Shown: positions 37,101 to 49,198 of the stretch, piece by piece
How the letters are laid out: the number at the start of each line of letters is the position of its first letter
Position numbering within the stretch: the stretch's first letter is position 1
Source: Anaeramoeba ignava BMAN
Lineage: Eukaryota > Protista > Anaeramoebae
Reading direction: 5' to 3'
Assembly (NCBI GenBank): GCA_028826165.1
Contig: JAPDFW010000053.1
Location: 558,001 to 622,000 of the forward strand
DNA: 64,000 nt
The notes under the pieces: generated by a model
What the model saw: only the letters and a program-made list of their open reading frames with translations
Told to the model about the DNA's origin: nothing
Databases searched by the model: none
Translations under genes and position numbers: made by a program

Positions 37101-38423
37101 AATCCTGTGATTATTTATGAGAATCAACCAGCTTCAATTTATGCATTTGTTTTGAATTCAAAGGAGTATCAAGAATATATCAAATCTCAAATGAATATCC
37201 CACAAAATATGGATGAAAAAACATCAGCAGAATATCGGAATTATTTGAGTCAAAACGAACCGAATGAGATTTCATTCAAATTATCAAGTTATCCGATATC
37301 CGAGAAATCCATGAACAACAACTTGAAAACCAAAAGTAAATATCCAACAGATTTTTATTACTCTCGTCAACTCAAATTCGAATGCACAATTTATTGTCCA
37401 AAACAATTTGAATCACTTAGAATACTATTAAGCTCTTTATCCAAAAATGAAGATGATCAAGAGCCGCAAATAACAGCATCGCGCAAGAAGTTTATTCACT
37501 CAATATCGCGGAGTGTTGAATGGAACACAACAGGAGGCAAATCAGGCTCATCTTTCATGAAAACTTTAGATGAGAAATTCCTGATCAAAAATATCAATAA
37601 AACCGAATTTCACACTCTTTTGAATCGCTCATCAAAATATTTCGAACATCTCTTGAAATCAATCCCTTTATATTCTTCTTCATGTTCTTCTGTTCAATTT
37701 CCAACGCTTCTTGCAAAAATTTATGGATTTTTCAGAATCAACATAAAATATTGCAAATCAAAAAAAATCACAAAAGATTATATTATTATGGAAAATATTT
37801 TCTATCAAAAAAAACTGTGGAGAACTTTCGATTTGAAAGGATCCTTAAGAAGTCGATATATTTCTGTTGATGAAAACGTTTTTCTTGATTCAAATTCTCA
37901 AAACGAGAAAAATTCTTTGAATCAAGAAACTGAATCAAAAACAAATGTTGTTTTATTGAATCAATTAAAAACTCACAATTCTGAAACAGAAATCGAGAAA
38001 TCTCAACAAAAAAGAACAAATGGAAAGAAGAAATTTGATCAAGAAAAGAAAGATCTTGTTTTATTAGACGAGAATTTTCTTGAATTTATTCAACATTCTC
38101 CACTTTTTGTTACTGAAAAGATGAAAAATCGAGTTATACAATCAATTATTCAAGATTCTCAATTTCTTTCTGATAATAATATTATGGATTATTCATTTTT
38201 ACTTGGAATTGAAGAAAATAATCAACTTTTAGTTGTTGGAATTATTGATTATTTAAGAGAATATACAATTGATAAAAAAATTGAATCTTTTGTTAAAAAA
38301 TCTGGACTTGTTGGTGGTTCTGGAAAAATACCAACAATTATCACTCCAAAACATTATCAAGCCAGATTTTGTGAAGCAATTGATAAATATTTACTTTTTA
38401 TTCCTTCAAGAAATTTTGATTAA
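34187..38423 (+). CDS. FAB1: FAB1/PIKfyve-type phosphatidylinositol-3-phosphate 5-kinase; exons 34187-34568, 34654-38423
   Basis: N-terminal 8-Cys FYVE-like finger, TCP-1/CCT-like domain (SVILRGG), SFGKFL block, and PIP5K motifs GGKSGSSF, DLKGSLRSR, LLDENF, MDYSFLLG, GIIDY and PTIITP. An 85-bp GT-AG intron (34569-34653) with GCTAAT keeps frame. Confidence 0.9.
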
Positions 38424-38502
38424 TTTTTTTTTAATTATTTTTTTTTTTGTAAATTTTTCTTTTTAAAAAAAAAAGATTAAAAAAAATTCAAAGATTAATT
38501 AA

Positions 38503-41500
38503 TTATTTTTTAGTTGGATCTCGGATTAATTGTCGTGATTTTGCTTTTGGTTTTGAGAAAGATTGTTTTGATAAAAGTCTTGAAGAAGTTGTTCTTTTTG
38601 TTTTTGGGGAAGAAGTTTTTAATTCATTTTTTGATTCATTTTTTGATTCATTTTTTGATTCATTTTTTAATTCATCTTTTACTTCTTTTTTTAATTCATC
38701 TTTTAATTCTTTTTTTACTTCTTTTTTTAATTCATCTTTTGATTCTTTTTTTGATTCATTTTTTAATTCATCTTTTACTTCTTTTTTTGATTCATCTTTT
38801 AACTCATTTTTTACTTCTTCTTTTAATTCATTTTTTGATTCTTTTTTTAATTCATCTTTTGATTCATTTTTTAATTCATCTTTTGATTTATCTTTTACTT
38901 CATTTTTTGATTCTTCTTTTAATTCATTTTTTGATTCATCTTTTGATTCATTTTTTACTTCTTCTTTTGATTCATCTTTTAATTCATCTTTTAATTCATT
39001 TTTTACTTCATCTTTTAATTCATTTTTTAATTCATTTTTTAATTCATCTTTTAATTCATTTTTTGATTCATTTTTTAATTCATCTTTTGATTCATCTTTT
39101 GATTCTTCTTTTAATTCATTTTTTACTTCTTCTTTTAACTCGTTTTTTACTTCATCTTTTGATTCATCTTTTAATTCATCTTTTAATTCATTTTTTAATT
39201 CATCTTTTAATTCATCTTTTACTTCATTTTTTGATTCTTCTTTTAATTCATCTTTTAATTCATCTTTTAATTCTTCTTTTGATTCATCTTTTAATTCATC
39301 TTTTACTTCATCTTTTAATTCATCTTTTAATTCATTTTTTGATTCATTTTTTGATTCATTTTTTAATTCATCTTTTACTTCTTCTTTTGATTCATCTTTT
39401 GATTCATTTTTTGATTTATCCAAATTTTCAATTAATGAAATTTGTCTTTTTAGTTCTTCATTTTCTTTTTCTAATGATTGGATTCGAATTAAACCAGATG
39501 TTTCTTTTGGGGTTTTTTTTCTCATTTTGTTTAGTATTAAAATTTGTGCATTTTGTTTCGTATCTTTTTCTTTTAAAGTAACAATTAACTCTTCAAGAGA
39601 ATCATTTTTTTGTTTTAATTCTTCAATTTCTTTATCTTTATCTTTTTGAATAGATTGTTTTAATTCTTTAATTTCTTTATCTTTATCTTGTTGGATAGAT
39701 TGTTTTAATTCTTCAATTTCTTTATCTTTATCTTGTTGGATAGATTGTTTTAATTCTTCAATTTCTTTATCTTTATCTTTTTGGAAAGATTGTTTTAATT
39801 CTTCAATTTCTTTATCTTTATCTTTTTGAATAGTTTGTTTTAATTCTTCAATTTCTTTATCTTTATCTTTTTGGAAAGATTGTTTTAATTCTTCAATTTC
39901 TTTATCTTTATCTTGTTGAATAGATTGTTTTAATTCTTCAATTTCTTTATCTTTATCTTTTTGGAAAGATTGTTGTTGTTTTAATTCTTGAATAGATTGT
40001 TGTTGTTTTAATTCTTCAATAGTTTGTTTTAATTCTTCAATTTCTTTTTCTTTATCTTTTTGAATAGATTGTTTTAATTCTTCAATATCTTTATCTTTAT
40101 CTTTTTGGAAAGATTGTTTTAATTCTTCAATTTCTTTATCTTTATCTTGTTGGATAGATTGTTTTAATTCTTCAATTTCTTTATCTTTATCTTTATCTTT
40201 TTGAATAGATTGTTTTAATTCTTCAATTTCTTTATCTTTATCTTTTTGAATAGATTGTTTTAATTCTTCAATTTCTTTATCTTTATCTTTTTGGAAAGAT
40301 TGTTTTAATTCTTCAATTTCTTTATCTTTATCTTTATCTTGTTGGATAGATTGTTTTAATTCTTCAATTTCTTTATCTTTATCTTTTTGGAAAGATTGTT
40401 TTAATTCTTCAATAGTTTGTTTTAATTCTTCAATTTCTTTATCTTTATCTTTTTGGATAGATTGTTTTAATTCTTCAATTTCTTTATCTTTATCTTTTTG
40501 GAAAGATTGTTTTAATTCTTCAATTTCTTTATCTTTATCTTTATCTTTTTGAATAGTTTGTTTTAATTCTTCAATTTCTTTATCTTTATCTTGTTGAATA
40601 GATTGTTGTTGTTTTAATTCTTGAATAGATTGTTTTAATTCTTCAATTTCTTTATCTTTATCTTGTTGGATAGATTGTTTTAATTCTTCAATTTCTTTAT
40701 CTTTATCTTTTTGGAAAGATTGTTTTAATTCTTCAATTTCTTTATCTTTATCTTTATCTTGTTGAATAGATTGTTTTAATTCTTCAATTTCTTTATCTTT
40801 ATCTTGTTGAATAGATTGTTTTAATTCTTCAATTTCTTTATCTTTATCTTGTTGAATAGATTGTTTTAATTCTTCAATTTCTTTATCTTTATCTTGTTGA
40901 ATAGATTGTTTTAATTCTTCAATTTCTTTATCTTTATCTTGTTGAATAGATTGTTTTAATTCTTTAATTTCTTTATCTTTATCTTGTTGAATAGTTTGTT
41001 TTAATTCTTCAATTTCTTTATCTTTATCTTTTTGAATAGATTGTTTTAATTCTTCAATTTCTTTATCTTTATCTTTATCTTGTTCAATAGTTTGTTTTAA
41101 TTCTTCAATTTCTTTATCTTTATCTTTTTGAATAGTTTGTTTTAATTCTTCAATTTCTTTATCTTTATCTTTTTGGAAAGATTGTTTTAATTCTTCAATT
41201 TCTTTATCTTTATCTTTTTGGAAAGATTGTTTTAATTCTTCAATAGTTTGTTTTAATTCTTCAATTTTTTTATCTTTATCTTTTTGGAAAGATTGTTTTA
41301 ATTCTTCAATTTTTTTATCTTTATCTTTTTGGAAAGATTGTTTTAATTCTTCAATTTCTTTATCTTTATCTTTTTGGAAAGATTGTTTTAATTCTTCAAT
41401 TTCTTTATCTTTATCTTGTTGAATAGATTGTTTTAATTCTTCAATTTCTTTATCTTTATCTTTTTGAATAGATTGTTGTTGTTTTAATTCTTGAATAGTT

Positions 41501-44500
41501 TGTTTTAATTCTTCAATTTCTTTATCTTTATCTTTTTGGAAAGATTGTTTTAATTCTTTAATTTCTTTATCTTTATCTTTTTGAATAGATTGTTTTAATT
41601 CTTCAATTTCTTTATCTTTATCTTGTTGAATAGATTGTTTTAATTCTTCAATTTCTTTATCTTTATCTTGTTGGAAAGATTGTTTTAATTCTTCAATTTC
41701 TTTATCTTTATCTTTATCTTTTTGGAAAGATTGTTTTAATTCTTCAATTTCTTTATCTTTATCTTTATCTTTTTGGATAGATTGTTTTAATTCTTCAATT
41801 TCTTTATCTTTATCTTTGTTGAATAGTTTGTTTTTAATTCTTCAATTTCTTTTTCTTTATCTTTATCTTTTTGGAAAGATTGTTTTAATTCTTCAATAGT
41901 TTGTTTTAATTCTTCAATTTCTTTTTCTTTATCTTTTTGGATAGATTGTTTTAATTCTTCAATTTCTTTATCTTTATCTTTATTTATTACTTCATTTTTT
42001 TGATCAGGAATTTTTTGAATTTCTTCTTTCAAATCTTGATTTATTTGATTATTATTATTATTTAAATTTTGTTGATTGCTTTGAAAAGATTCTGTCGAAT
42101 TTTTTTCTGGAATTGACCAATCGAATTTTGGTAAATCTTTTTGTTCATAAACTTGCGATGAAATTAAATCTTGAATTGCTTTTAATTTTGACTGTCTTTT
42201 TTTTTCTGTTTTGACAAATAAATTTTTAGGTTTTGGAGATGCTGTTTGTTTTTCAATAATTTCATAAATATTTGATGGAACAACTCCTTTTTTTGTGCCA
42301 AAAACAATTAAAGAATTCCCACTAACAAGTTCTTCGAGAATTTCAACAATAAAACCTTTTTTTAAATTCATTTCTGGATCATTTTTTGGTGAAAAATTTT
42401 GAGTTATTTTTGCTTCTTGTGTTTTAGTGAACATTTTTAAACTTTCTTTTGGAATACTTAAATTTTTACTATTGTGTAAAATTGACACCATATTTTCATC
42501 AATATCAATATCAACAACATCAACAAGATCACCAATATTAATTTCGTTCTATAAAGAAAGCATTAATGGAAGAAATTTTAAATTTTAATTTTAATTTTAA
42601 TTTTAATTTTAATTTTAATTTAATTTTAATTTTAATTTTAATTTTAATTTTAATTTTAATTTTAATTTTAATTTTAATTTTAATTTTAATTTTAATTTTA
42701 ATTTTAATTTTAATTTTAATTTTAATAATTTTAATTTTAATTTTAATTTTAATTTTAATTTTAATTTTAATTTTTAATTTTAATTTTAATTTTAATTTTA
42801 ATAATTTTAATTTTAATTTAATTTAAATTTTAATTTTAATTTAAATTTTAATTTTAATTAAATTTTAATATTAATTTAAATTTTAATTTTAATTTTAATT
42901 TTAATTTAATTTTAAATTTTAATTTTAATTTTAATTTTAATTTGATTTTAATTTTAATTTTAATTTTGAATTTTAATTTTAATTTAAATTTTAATTTTAT
43001 TTTTAATTTTAATTTTAATTTTAATTTTAATTTTAAGTAATACTTGTGCTTCTATTTCTTGAGGAATTGATATAATTTTTGCATATTTCACTGAAATAAA
43101 TTCTTGTGATAATTTTTTCTGAGAAATTAATGATTTTGGAACATTTAATTGTTGATTTGTTTCAATTTTTTGAATTAAACAATCTGAAGAATTATCTTCT
43201 GAAGAAATGATAATAACTTCTTCATCTTTTTTAAGTGTAATATTCCCATCTTTATCTGTAAAGTCATCAATAATAATTGCATGTTTATTATTTTGATAAT
43301 TAATTTTTTCTGAATCTTTTTGAAATCTTAAATATGATTTAGGAACAATTTGAACACTTTCTAAACAATTTTTAAAATTATAAATAAAATTATAAATAAA
43401 ATTATAAATAAAATTATAAATTAAATTATAAATAAAATTATAAATAAAATTATAAATAAAATTATAAATAAAATTATAAATAAAATTATAAATAAAATTA
43501 TAAATTAAATTATAAATAAAATTATAAATTAAATTATAAATAAAATTATAAATAAAATTATAAATAAAATTATAAATAAAAATTATAAATAAAATTATAA
43601 ATTAAATTATAAATTAAATTATAAATAAAATTATAAATAAAATTATAAATAAAATTATAAATAAAATTATAAATTAAATTATAAATAAAATTATAAATTA
43701 AAATTATAAATTAAATTATAAATTAAATTATAAATTAAATTATAAATTAAATTATAAATTAAATTATAAATAAAATTATAAATAAAATTATAAATAAAAT
43801 TATAAATAAAATTATAAATAAAATTATAAACAAAATTATAAACAAAATTATAAATAAAATTATAAATTAAATTATAAATAAAATTATAAATAAAATTATA
43901 AATTAAATTATAAATTAAATTATAAATAAAATTATAAATTAAATTATAAATAAAATTATAAATAAAATTATAAATAAAATTATAAATAAATTATAAATTA
44001 AAAAATATAAATTGTTTTTAAATTGTTTTTAAATTATTTTTAAATTAAATTATTTTTAAAATTATTTTTTAAAATTATAAATAAAATTATAAATAAAATT
44101 GTTTTTAAATTATAAATAAAATTGTTTTAAATAAAATTATAAATAAAATTATAAATTAAAACTGAATTGTTTTTTTAAATTATTTTTTGAATTGTTTTTT
44201 TAAATTGTTTTTTAAATTGTTTTTTAAACTTACGATTTCTGTCGAGTGTAATTTTGTAAAAATTTTCACTTTCAGAAATCACTGAACAAAAATCACCAGC
44301 TTTAACAGAGAAATTATCTTTTTGAGGATCTGAATCAAGAAGTATAATTGCTTTTGGATAAATTTTAACAGAAGATTTTTTGCGTTGAATTCTTCTTTTT
44401 GAATCTTTTTCAATAAATTTAACATTTATTTGTTCAGTTTTAAGTAAATTTTCAAATTCTTCTTTTTTAGTAGGAAGTACTCGAATAAATACTTCATAAA

Positions 44501-44726
44501 AAGCTTGTGGATCAGGTTTTTCTTTGAGTTTCGTTAATTCTTGTTGGAGTATATTGATTTTTTTTTTGATTTTATGATTATGTTTGCGTAATTTCTCAAT
44601 TTGATTTTGATTTTGATTTTGATCTTTTTCATTTTTTTTTTGATTTCGTATGCTTTGTGTAAGTTTTTTTTGTTTCTTTTCAAGTTCTGAAATTGAATTT
44701 GTTACAAATGAAATAATTTTTTCCAT
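38503..44726 (-). CDS. Protein with an N-terminal coiled coil, four degenerate SH3-like domains and a long charged repeat stalk; exons 44726-44234, 43360-43044, 42548-38503
   Basis: GT-AG introns 43361-44233 and 42549-43043 join SH3-like units (FSVKAGD..VPKSYL, TLKKDE..VPKSLI, INIGD..IPKESL, NLKKGF..GVVPSN). One frameshift at about 41832. I did not check the frame base by base across the whole repeat. Confidence 0.72.
38617..39415 (-). repeat. Coding 12-bp repeat E(L/S/V)K(N/D/E/K)
   Basis: Visible directly in ORF 38503-39525. Confidence 0.92.
39610..41980 (-). repeat. Coding 45-bp tandem repeat, about 50 copies of KDKDKEIEELKQS(F/I)Q
   Basis: Unit ttcttcaatttctttatctttatctttttggaaagattgttttaa on the + strand, with +6 nt (DK) and +21 nt (TIEELKQ) variants. 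Confidence 0.92.
43375..44160. repeat. Intronic 12-bp minisatellite (TAAATAAAATTA)n
   Basis: Fills most of intron 43361-44233. Confidence 0.9.
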
Positions 44727-45066
44727 TTTAAAAAAAAAAAGAAAAAATGAAAAATGAAAAATGAAAAATAAATTTATTCCACTTTTCTTGTTAAATTATT
44801 TTATTCTAAATTTATTCTAAATTTTATTGATTTGATTTGATTCTAAAATTAAAAATTAAATTTATAATTAAATTCCTTTTTAATAATAACAAAGAAACAA
44901 AAGATAGCAAGTAAATTAAAATTAAAAGTAAATTAAAAGTAAAATTAAAATTAAAAGTAAATTAAAATTAAAAGTAAATTAAAAGTAAAATTAAAATTAA
45001 AATTAAAATTAAAAGTAAAATTAAAGTAAAAGTAAAAATAATCGAACTAATAAAAAACACCACCAA

Positions 45067-47343
45067 CTACTTTAAAGAAACCTTATTATAATATGAACAT
45101 TTTTCAAGTTCATGACCCAAAGAACATTCATCATTCAATTGATAAAAAACTTGAGCATCCAATAATTCATTAACAACATCTTGAGAAATATCTTTATCAA
45201 GTTTATCAACATAAAAATATTTGATTAATGCTTTAATTGCTTGAACTGAACGATTACTATAATCAGTAACTTGTTCAGAATCATCTTTCACATTTAAAAA
45301 CATTCCTCGATATAATTCACTTCTTGCTGTAAGAATAAACTTGTGAACTTTTATTTCTGTATTTTGAGAAATTATTTTAAAATCTTTTGATTTTTCATCT
45401 TGATAAAAATTTTCTAAAACTTCAATCACTTTTTTCCTTCCTTTTAAAATTTTTTCATCAATTTTTAATTCAGAAAAAATGTTTTGATTTTCTGTTGGAA
45501 AATTTGATCTTCCTGTATAAACAAGTTCAAAAAAATTCATCGATTCTTTGGTTGTTTTTGCTTCAAAATGATTGATTAATTCTTTAATTGGTTTTTTTGT
45601 TCTTTTTTCCACTAAAAGTGATACTATTTTGATTTGTCCATCTTTTGTTTTAATAATTGTATCATAACATTCTTGTCGATGAAGTAAAAGATGGAGATCT
45701 TGAAGAATTGAATATCTTAAAAGAAGATCCTTTTATTTATTTATTTTTATTTATTTAAAAATTTTTTTGTTCCACTTTTTTTTTTGTTAAAAAAATTTTT
45801 TTGCTTTTTTACTTTAATATTCCAAAGTGAAATTGTACTATCAACAGAACCTGTATATAAATAATTTTTGTAAGGAAATACACTCCATATTTTATCACTA
45901 GATTTAAAAGATTTAATATATTTTAATGTCTAAAGAAAAAATAAATAAAATTTTTTTCATTTTCATTTTGATTTTGAATTTTGAATTTGAATTTGAATTA
46001 TTTTATACTCTTGCATTAATAACTGAAACAGTCATATCTTCTCCACCTGAAAAAAGAATATCGTCTTTTAAATTCATTGAAACAATTGAAGAATTATGAA
46101 CATTTAAACTTTCAATTGGTTTTTTTTGTTTAACAATTTTTTTTTTATTCTAAAACAAAAATAATTGAATTGAATTGAATTGAATTGAATTGATAATTAA
46201 AAGTAATAAAAACCTTTAATTCCCAAATTCTAATAATTCCATCTTCAGAACCTGTAAACATTTTATTACAATAAAAAGCAATTCCCCAAGCTCCAGATTT
46301 ACAATTAAATATTTTAGTGCATTTTAAACACTTTTATATTTGTTTTTAAAAATTATTATTAAAAATTTTGATTTAAAATCAATCATTTTCTTTCTTTCTT
46401 TTTTTTGATTTAATTTTATAAACTTTTAAACTAAATGCCCGAATTTCACCAGAACTTAATCCTGCATATAATTCTTCTCCATATATTGAAAGACTCCAAA
46501 CTGCAGAAGGAGTTTTAATTATATCAGTATTTTTTGGGTTATTCTGATAATAATTTACAAATTCATTTTTTTTTAAAAAAAAATTTGATTTAAATTTTTG
46601 ATTTTTGTTTTGATTATAATTATATATACAATCTTATAGCAAACAATAAAATTAGAGTTGCCACCTGTATAGATCATCCCATTTGAAATTGCCATAGAAA
46701 AGCAAAAGGGTTCGATAATGTTCTCAAAAACCAAAAATTGTTTGCCACTCTTTAATAAATTTAGAAAAATTTTGTTTTTTGATAAAAAATTAAGTTAAAA
46801 TTCTTCATGATTAAATGGCTCTTCAAATTATATAATAATTAGAAAATATTCACATTATAATCCCAAGCAATTATTTTTGCGCCTGCAGAATATAAAATGT
46901 TATTCTCAACACGCAGAGAAAAAATATATCCATCAGCATCTAAAATTCTAACGATTTGACATTTCTTGAATTTATTTTAATAAATAAATCAACAATAAAA
47001 AAATTAAAACAATTCTTTAGAGAATTTCTGTTGAAAATATATTATTCAAAAATGTATTTGATCAAGTAATTTTTGATGTTTTACTTTTAGATCCCAAACT
47101 CTAATTCTTCGATCAAATCCCCCAGAAAATAAATAATTTGAGTACGCATAGAGGCATCGAACCTCTTGGATACTCCCATACAAAACACCAGCTCTCTTTT
47201 GTTCGTTGGTGCTTTGTTGATTCTTATGTTTATAATAATGATAAATGGAAAATTATTTTTTTTTAATTTTGCTATTTTGTTTTGAATTGAAAAATTTTTT
47301 TTTAATTGATTTTTGAATAATAAATTACTTTTCTATTTTCCAT
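45067..47343 (-). CDS. 7xWD40 + BTB-module protein, 513 aa; exons 47343-47329, 47222-47085, 46964-46854, 46749-46630, 46543-46424, 46330-46214, 46149-46009, 45929-45813, 45729-45067
   Basis: Eight GT-AG introns of 64-120 bp give a stop-free frame. Exons 2-8 each encode one WD40 unit (e.g. LFSGGFDRRIRVWDLK, MFTGSEDGIIRIWELK, LYTGSVDSTISLWNIK). The last exon has YSILQDL..LVYTG..KDFKII..VHKFILTARSELYRGMF. Confidence 0.88.
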
Positions 47344-47687
47344 TAAAAGACTTTTTTTTTGTATAAAAAAAAACACAAATTATTTATAATTTAAAATTAT
47401 TTTTTCTTGATTTTGTTGTTTTTTTTTAAATTAGAAAATTAATCAAAAAAGAAATAAAAAAAAATGAAAACAAAAAAAAAAGGAAAATTTTTTAATTTGA
47501 ATAAAAAAAATTTTTTTTCATTTCTTTATTTTACGTTTTTGGTTAAATTTATTTAATTAATTTAAAATTAAAATTTTTATTTTTAAATTAGGAATGAAAA
47601 AAGGAATTTTTTATTAAAATTTTTAAAAAAAAAAAAGTGGATCAAATCAAAAAAAAAAAATTTTTTTTGTTTTTAAATTTTGGAAAA

Positions 47688-49069
47688 TTAATAAAAATGA
47701 TTTTGAGGAAGTTTTTTCTTTTCATCAACTAAATGGACTTCTTGATTAAATGGTTCACTTAAACCAGGAGGAAAGTGAATTTCATGAATAATATTTTTTT
47801 CTGATTTTGATTTTGATTTTGATTTTGATTTTGATTTTGAAAAACCAGAAATAACTCGAAAAGCTTCAAGAATTTGTTTTGCTGCATTTATAGGTTTTAA
47901 TTTAGAATTATTTATATCAAAAACTGGTGAAATTACGTTTTTGATTTGTTTTTCTTTTTCTCCACAATTTGAATTATATTTTTTAATTGTTAATAAAATT
48001 GATCGAAAAGAAGAAAAGAAATTTGTAGAAATATGAACATCTGTTGGAACTCTAAAAATTGGTGAAAATATTAAAAGTGGGATTTTTTCCTATTTTAAAA
48101 TGAATTTTAATTTTAATTTTAATTTTAATTTTTAAAATGAATTTTAATTTTAATTTTAATTTTAATTTTAATTTTAATTTTAATTTTAATTTTAATTTTA
48201 ATTTTAATTTTAATTTTAATTTTAATATTAATTTTAATTTTATTTTTAATTTTTAAAATGAATTTTAATTTTAATTTTTAAAATGAATTTTGATTTTAAT
48301 TTTGATTTTAATTTTGATTTTAATTTTAATTTTAATTTTAATTTTGATTTTAAAATGAATTTTAATTTTAATTTTAATTTTGATTTTAAAATGAATTTTA
48401 ATTTTAATTTTAATTTTGATTTTAATTTTAATTTTAATTTTAATTTTAATTTTAATTTCTACATTATTTGAAGGAATTATAAATGAATCTCCAACAATAA
48501 TTTCTCCTTCAAATTCTTTAATTATAACATCTTGTATTCTTTCTTGTAAATCTTTTTCAAAAATATTAATGAAATGGAAAGTCATTTTCTTTTTTTTTGA
48601 TAAAATTATTAAAACAAAATTAAAAAATAAAATAAAGAAGATAAAAAGGAAATGATTTAATTTTGATTTTTAAATAAATTAATAAGTTTGATTTTTTGGA
48701 AAAGAATGCAAAAAAACCTTCTAAAAAACTTTAAAAATAAATTAAAAAAATTTAAAATTAAAATTAAAAGTATAAAATTAATTAACAAAAAAAAAAATAC
48801 CCAAAACTATTTCCAGGAATAATTAAAGCATCAGCTAAATCATTAGAAATCTCTCCCTTTTCTATCTAATTTTAAAATATAAAATTAATTTAAATTTTTA
48901 ATATAAAATTAATTTAAATTTTTAATATAAAATTTTAATTTAAATTTTTAATATAAATTTTTACAATTAAATTAGAACAATTTTCAAATATTTCTTTATA
49001 ACTTTTTATAACTTCTTTATCTTTATCTTTAAATTTAAATTGAATTGAATCTAATAAAACTGGTTTCAT
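47688..49069 (-). CDS. Divergent macro-domain (Appr-1''-p processing-like) protein; exons 49069-48965, 48865-48801, putative micro-exon 48728-48718, ~48588-48463, 48089-47688
   Basis: DALIIPGNSFG, LQERIQ..EFEGEIIVGDSFIIP, IPLLIFSPIFRVP and NFFSSFRSILL follow the macro-domain pattern. The junction at about 48588 is out of frame as assembled. Confidence 0.68.
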
Positions 49070-49198
49070 TTAAAAAAAAATGAAAAATGAAAAATGAAAA
49101 ATGAAAAATGAAAAAAATTTTTTAAATTTAAATTTTAATTTGGATTTTAATTTAAATTTGGTTTTCATTTAAATTTTAATTTAATTTTGATTTTAATT

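Noticed and set aside
38514-39581. 355-aa L/I/H/F-rich ORF on the + strand
   Set aside because: Antisense reading of the 12-bp ExK(N/D) coding repeat.
39610-41980. Regular ~45-bp array that could suggest CRISPR
   Set aside because: No unique spacers, unit variants are multiples of 3, it encodes a peptide repeat, and there are no cas genes.
48729-48800. Possible U12-type intron (GTATTTTT donor)
   Set aside because: Lacks the RTATCCTT donor and a clear TCCTTAAC branch site.
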